Shown here: positions 63,009 to 64,000 of the stretch, one piece after another
How positions within the stretch are numbered: position 1 is the first letter of the stretch
Layout of the letters: each line of letters opens with the position of its first letter
From: Minisyncoccia bacterium
Lineage (GTDB): Bacteria > Patescibacteriota > Minisyncoccia > Phycocordibacterales > UBA918
Length of the DNA: 64,000 bases
Direction: 5' to 3'
NCBI GenBank assembly: GCA_046293175.1
Contig: JBKBPM010000001.1
Location: forward strand, 363,446 to 427,445
Made by a program: the position numbers and the translations under genes
The notes under the pieces: generated by a model
Seen by the model: only the letters and a program-made list of their open reading frames with translations
What the model was told of the DNA's origin: nothing
Database searches by the model: none

Positions 63009-64000
63009 CTAGAAGAGTTTCCAGATGTTCTTATCCTCCTCCCCATCAATCTTAAACATCACTACCCCACGAAGGTCATGTTCTTTGGCAATATCAAGTT
63101 TATCCTCAATAGCCTTGGCATCACTATAGGTGATAAATCGTACACTCACAGTCTCACCAGTTTTGTTGGCATAAGCGAGTGCTTTGGCAGCCGCTTCCAT
63201 ACCTTTTGGCGTACCTTTTGGAGTTCTTTGGTGCTTGAGCTTCTCCCAGGTCGAATCCTCGGGGAAATAACTCATTACCGCTTCACCACCAGCACTCCGA
63301 CCAATTGGAGTTTTGTAGATTTTCTTTGAGAGCTCGAGGATGCGTGGGGGATTAAGAGTCGCCACGCGTGTGTAGTTGCTAAACCAATCTGGCTCAACCG
63401 TCACATCCCAAGCACGTCCGTAGGTAGCGACACCAACGAGAACCTTATCTTTTGGAAAATCCTTAAGAGCAAGCTCCACCACCTTTTCTACCCATTCTTT
63501 GTCTGCCACTGGTGCATAGGGGTAGCCAGCACGTTTTTTGTTGAGCGTCAGGTCGGCCCGCTGCTGGTCGTAGGTCATGATTTCGATATGATCACAGTGC
63601 TTTGCAATTTCTTTGTAGTCATTGGCATAGTTGAGTGGATTAGGCACATTAACGTACAAATCCTTGGGTGGTGTACGAGCCTCAACGGTGCAGGTGAGAA
63701 GTTTTCCCTTTAGGGCTTGTTTGAGATCTTTAAGGAAAAGAGAGAAGTAGTCTTTGGTTTCGCTATTTTTGTCCTCATAGTCGATATTAATACCGTCGAA
63801 TTTCCCCTTCTCGACAATCTTAACAATAGACTTGATTTGGTCTTCGCGGTACTTGTCATTGCTCAAAATCGGATGAATTTGATCACCGTCAAACCAAGCA
63901 ATGGTCGGAATAATTTCCACCTTATTCTTGCGCGCGGTTTTGAAAAAGGTCTGCCACTGACGCTCATCGAGATTGGCTTTATCGATGATACTTCCAGCTG
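63009..64000 (-). CDS. Glycoside hydrolase family 18 protein (5' part outside the window)
   Basis: FDGINIDYE catalytic motif, [16 protein letters not shown]; frame stays open to the window end. Confidence 0.9.
   Translation of the reverse strand, partial: AGSIIDKANLDERQWQTFFKTARKNKVEIIPTIAWFDGDQIHPILSNDKYREDQIKSIVKIVEKGKFDGINIDYEDKNSETKDYFSLFLKDLKQALKGKLLTCTVEARTPPKDLYVNVPNPLNYANDYKEIAKHCDHIEIMTYDQQRADLTLNKKRAGYPYAPVADKEWVEKVVELALKDFPKDKVLVGVATYGRAWDVTVEPDWFSNYTRVATLNPPRILELSKKIYKTPIGRSAGGEAVMSYFPEDSTWEKLKHQRTPKGTPKGMEAAAKALAYANKTGETVSVRFITYSDAKAIEDKLDIAKEHDLRGVVMFKIDGEEDKNIWKLF

Overview
A 64-kb bacterial window with about 33 credible genes, all on the minus strand. It uses genetic code 11 (TGA is a stop). 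Gene content, -10-dominated promoters and abundant [AS][TS][ST][TS] motifs suggest Patescibacteria/Parcubacteria (CPR); this is an inference. About 57 kb (4.4-61 kb) is one cell-surface locus. It encodes a 7450-aa and a 2053-aa adhesin-like protein, three smaller secreted subunits sharing their C-terminal WxL/pilin-like modules, four membrane-anchored DUF916/DUF3324-like proteins, three membrane-anchored cohesin proteins, one cohesin+dockerin protein, two dockerin-tailed Ig proteins, a MacB-type ABC transporter, an FN3 protein and Hsp20. Paralog comparison suggests two parallel fibre systems (tip, shaft, chaperone, dockerin-bearing base) that dock on membrane cohesins, with no usher or sortase in the window. 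The giant protein is built from nested domain insertions. Six intergenic spaces contain a modular, covarying, nested palindromic element placed right behind stop codons. Other genes: FKBP, CapA-like phosphoesterase, AI-2E transporter, SxxS thioredoxin-fold protein, MgtE, Y-family polymerase, GH18 hydrolase and a frameshifted AT-rich gene. No rRNA, tRNA, CRISPR array, transposase or integrase was recognised. All family calls are from motif recognition by eye, not database searches.
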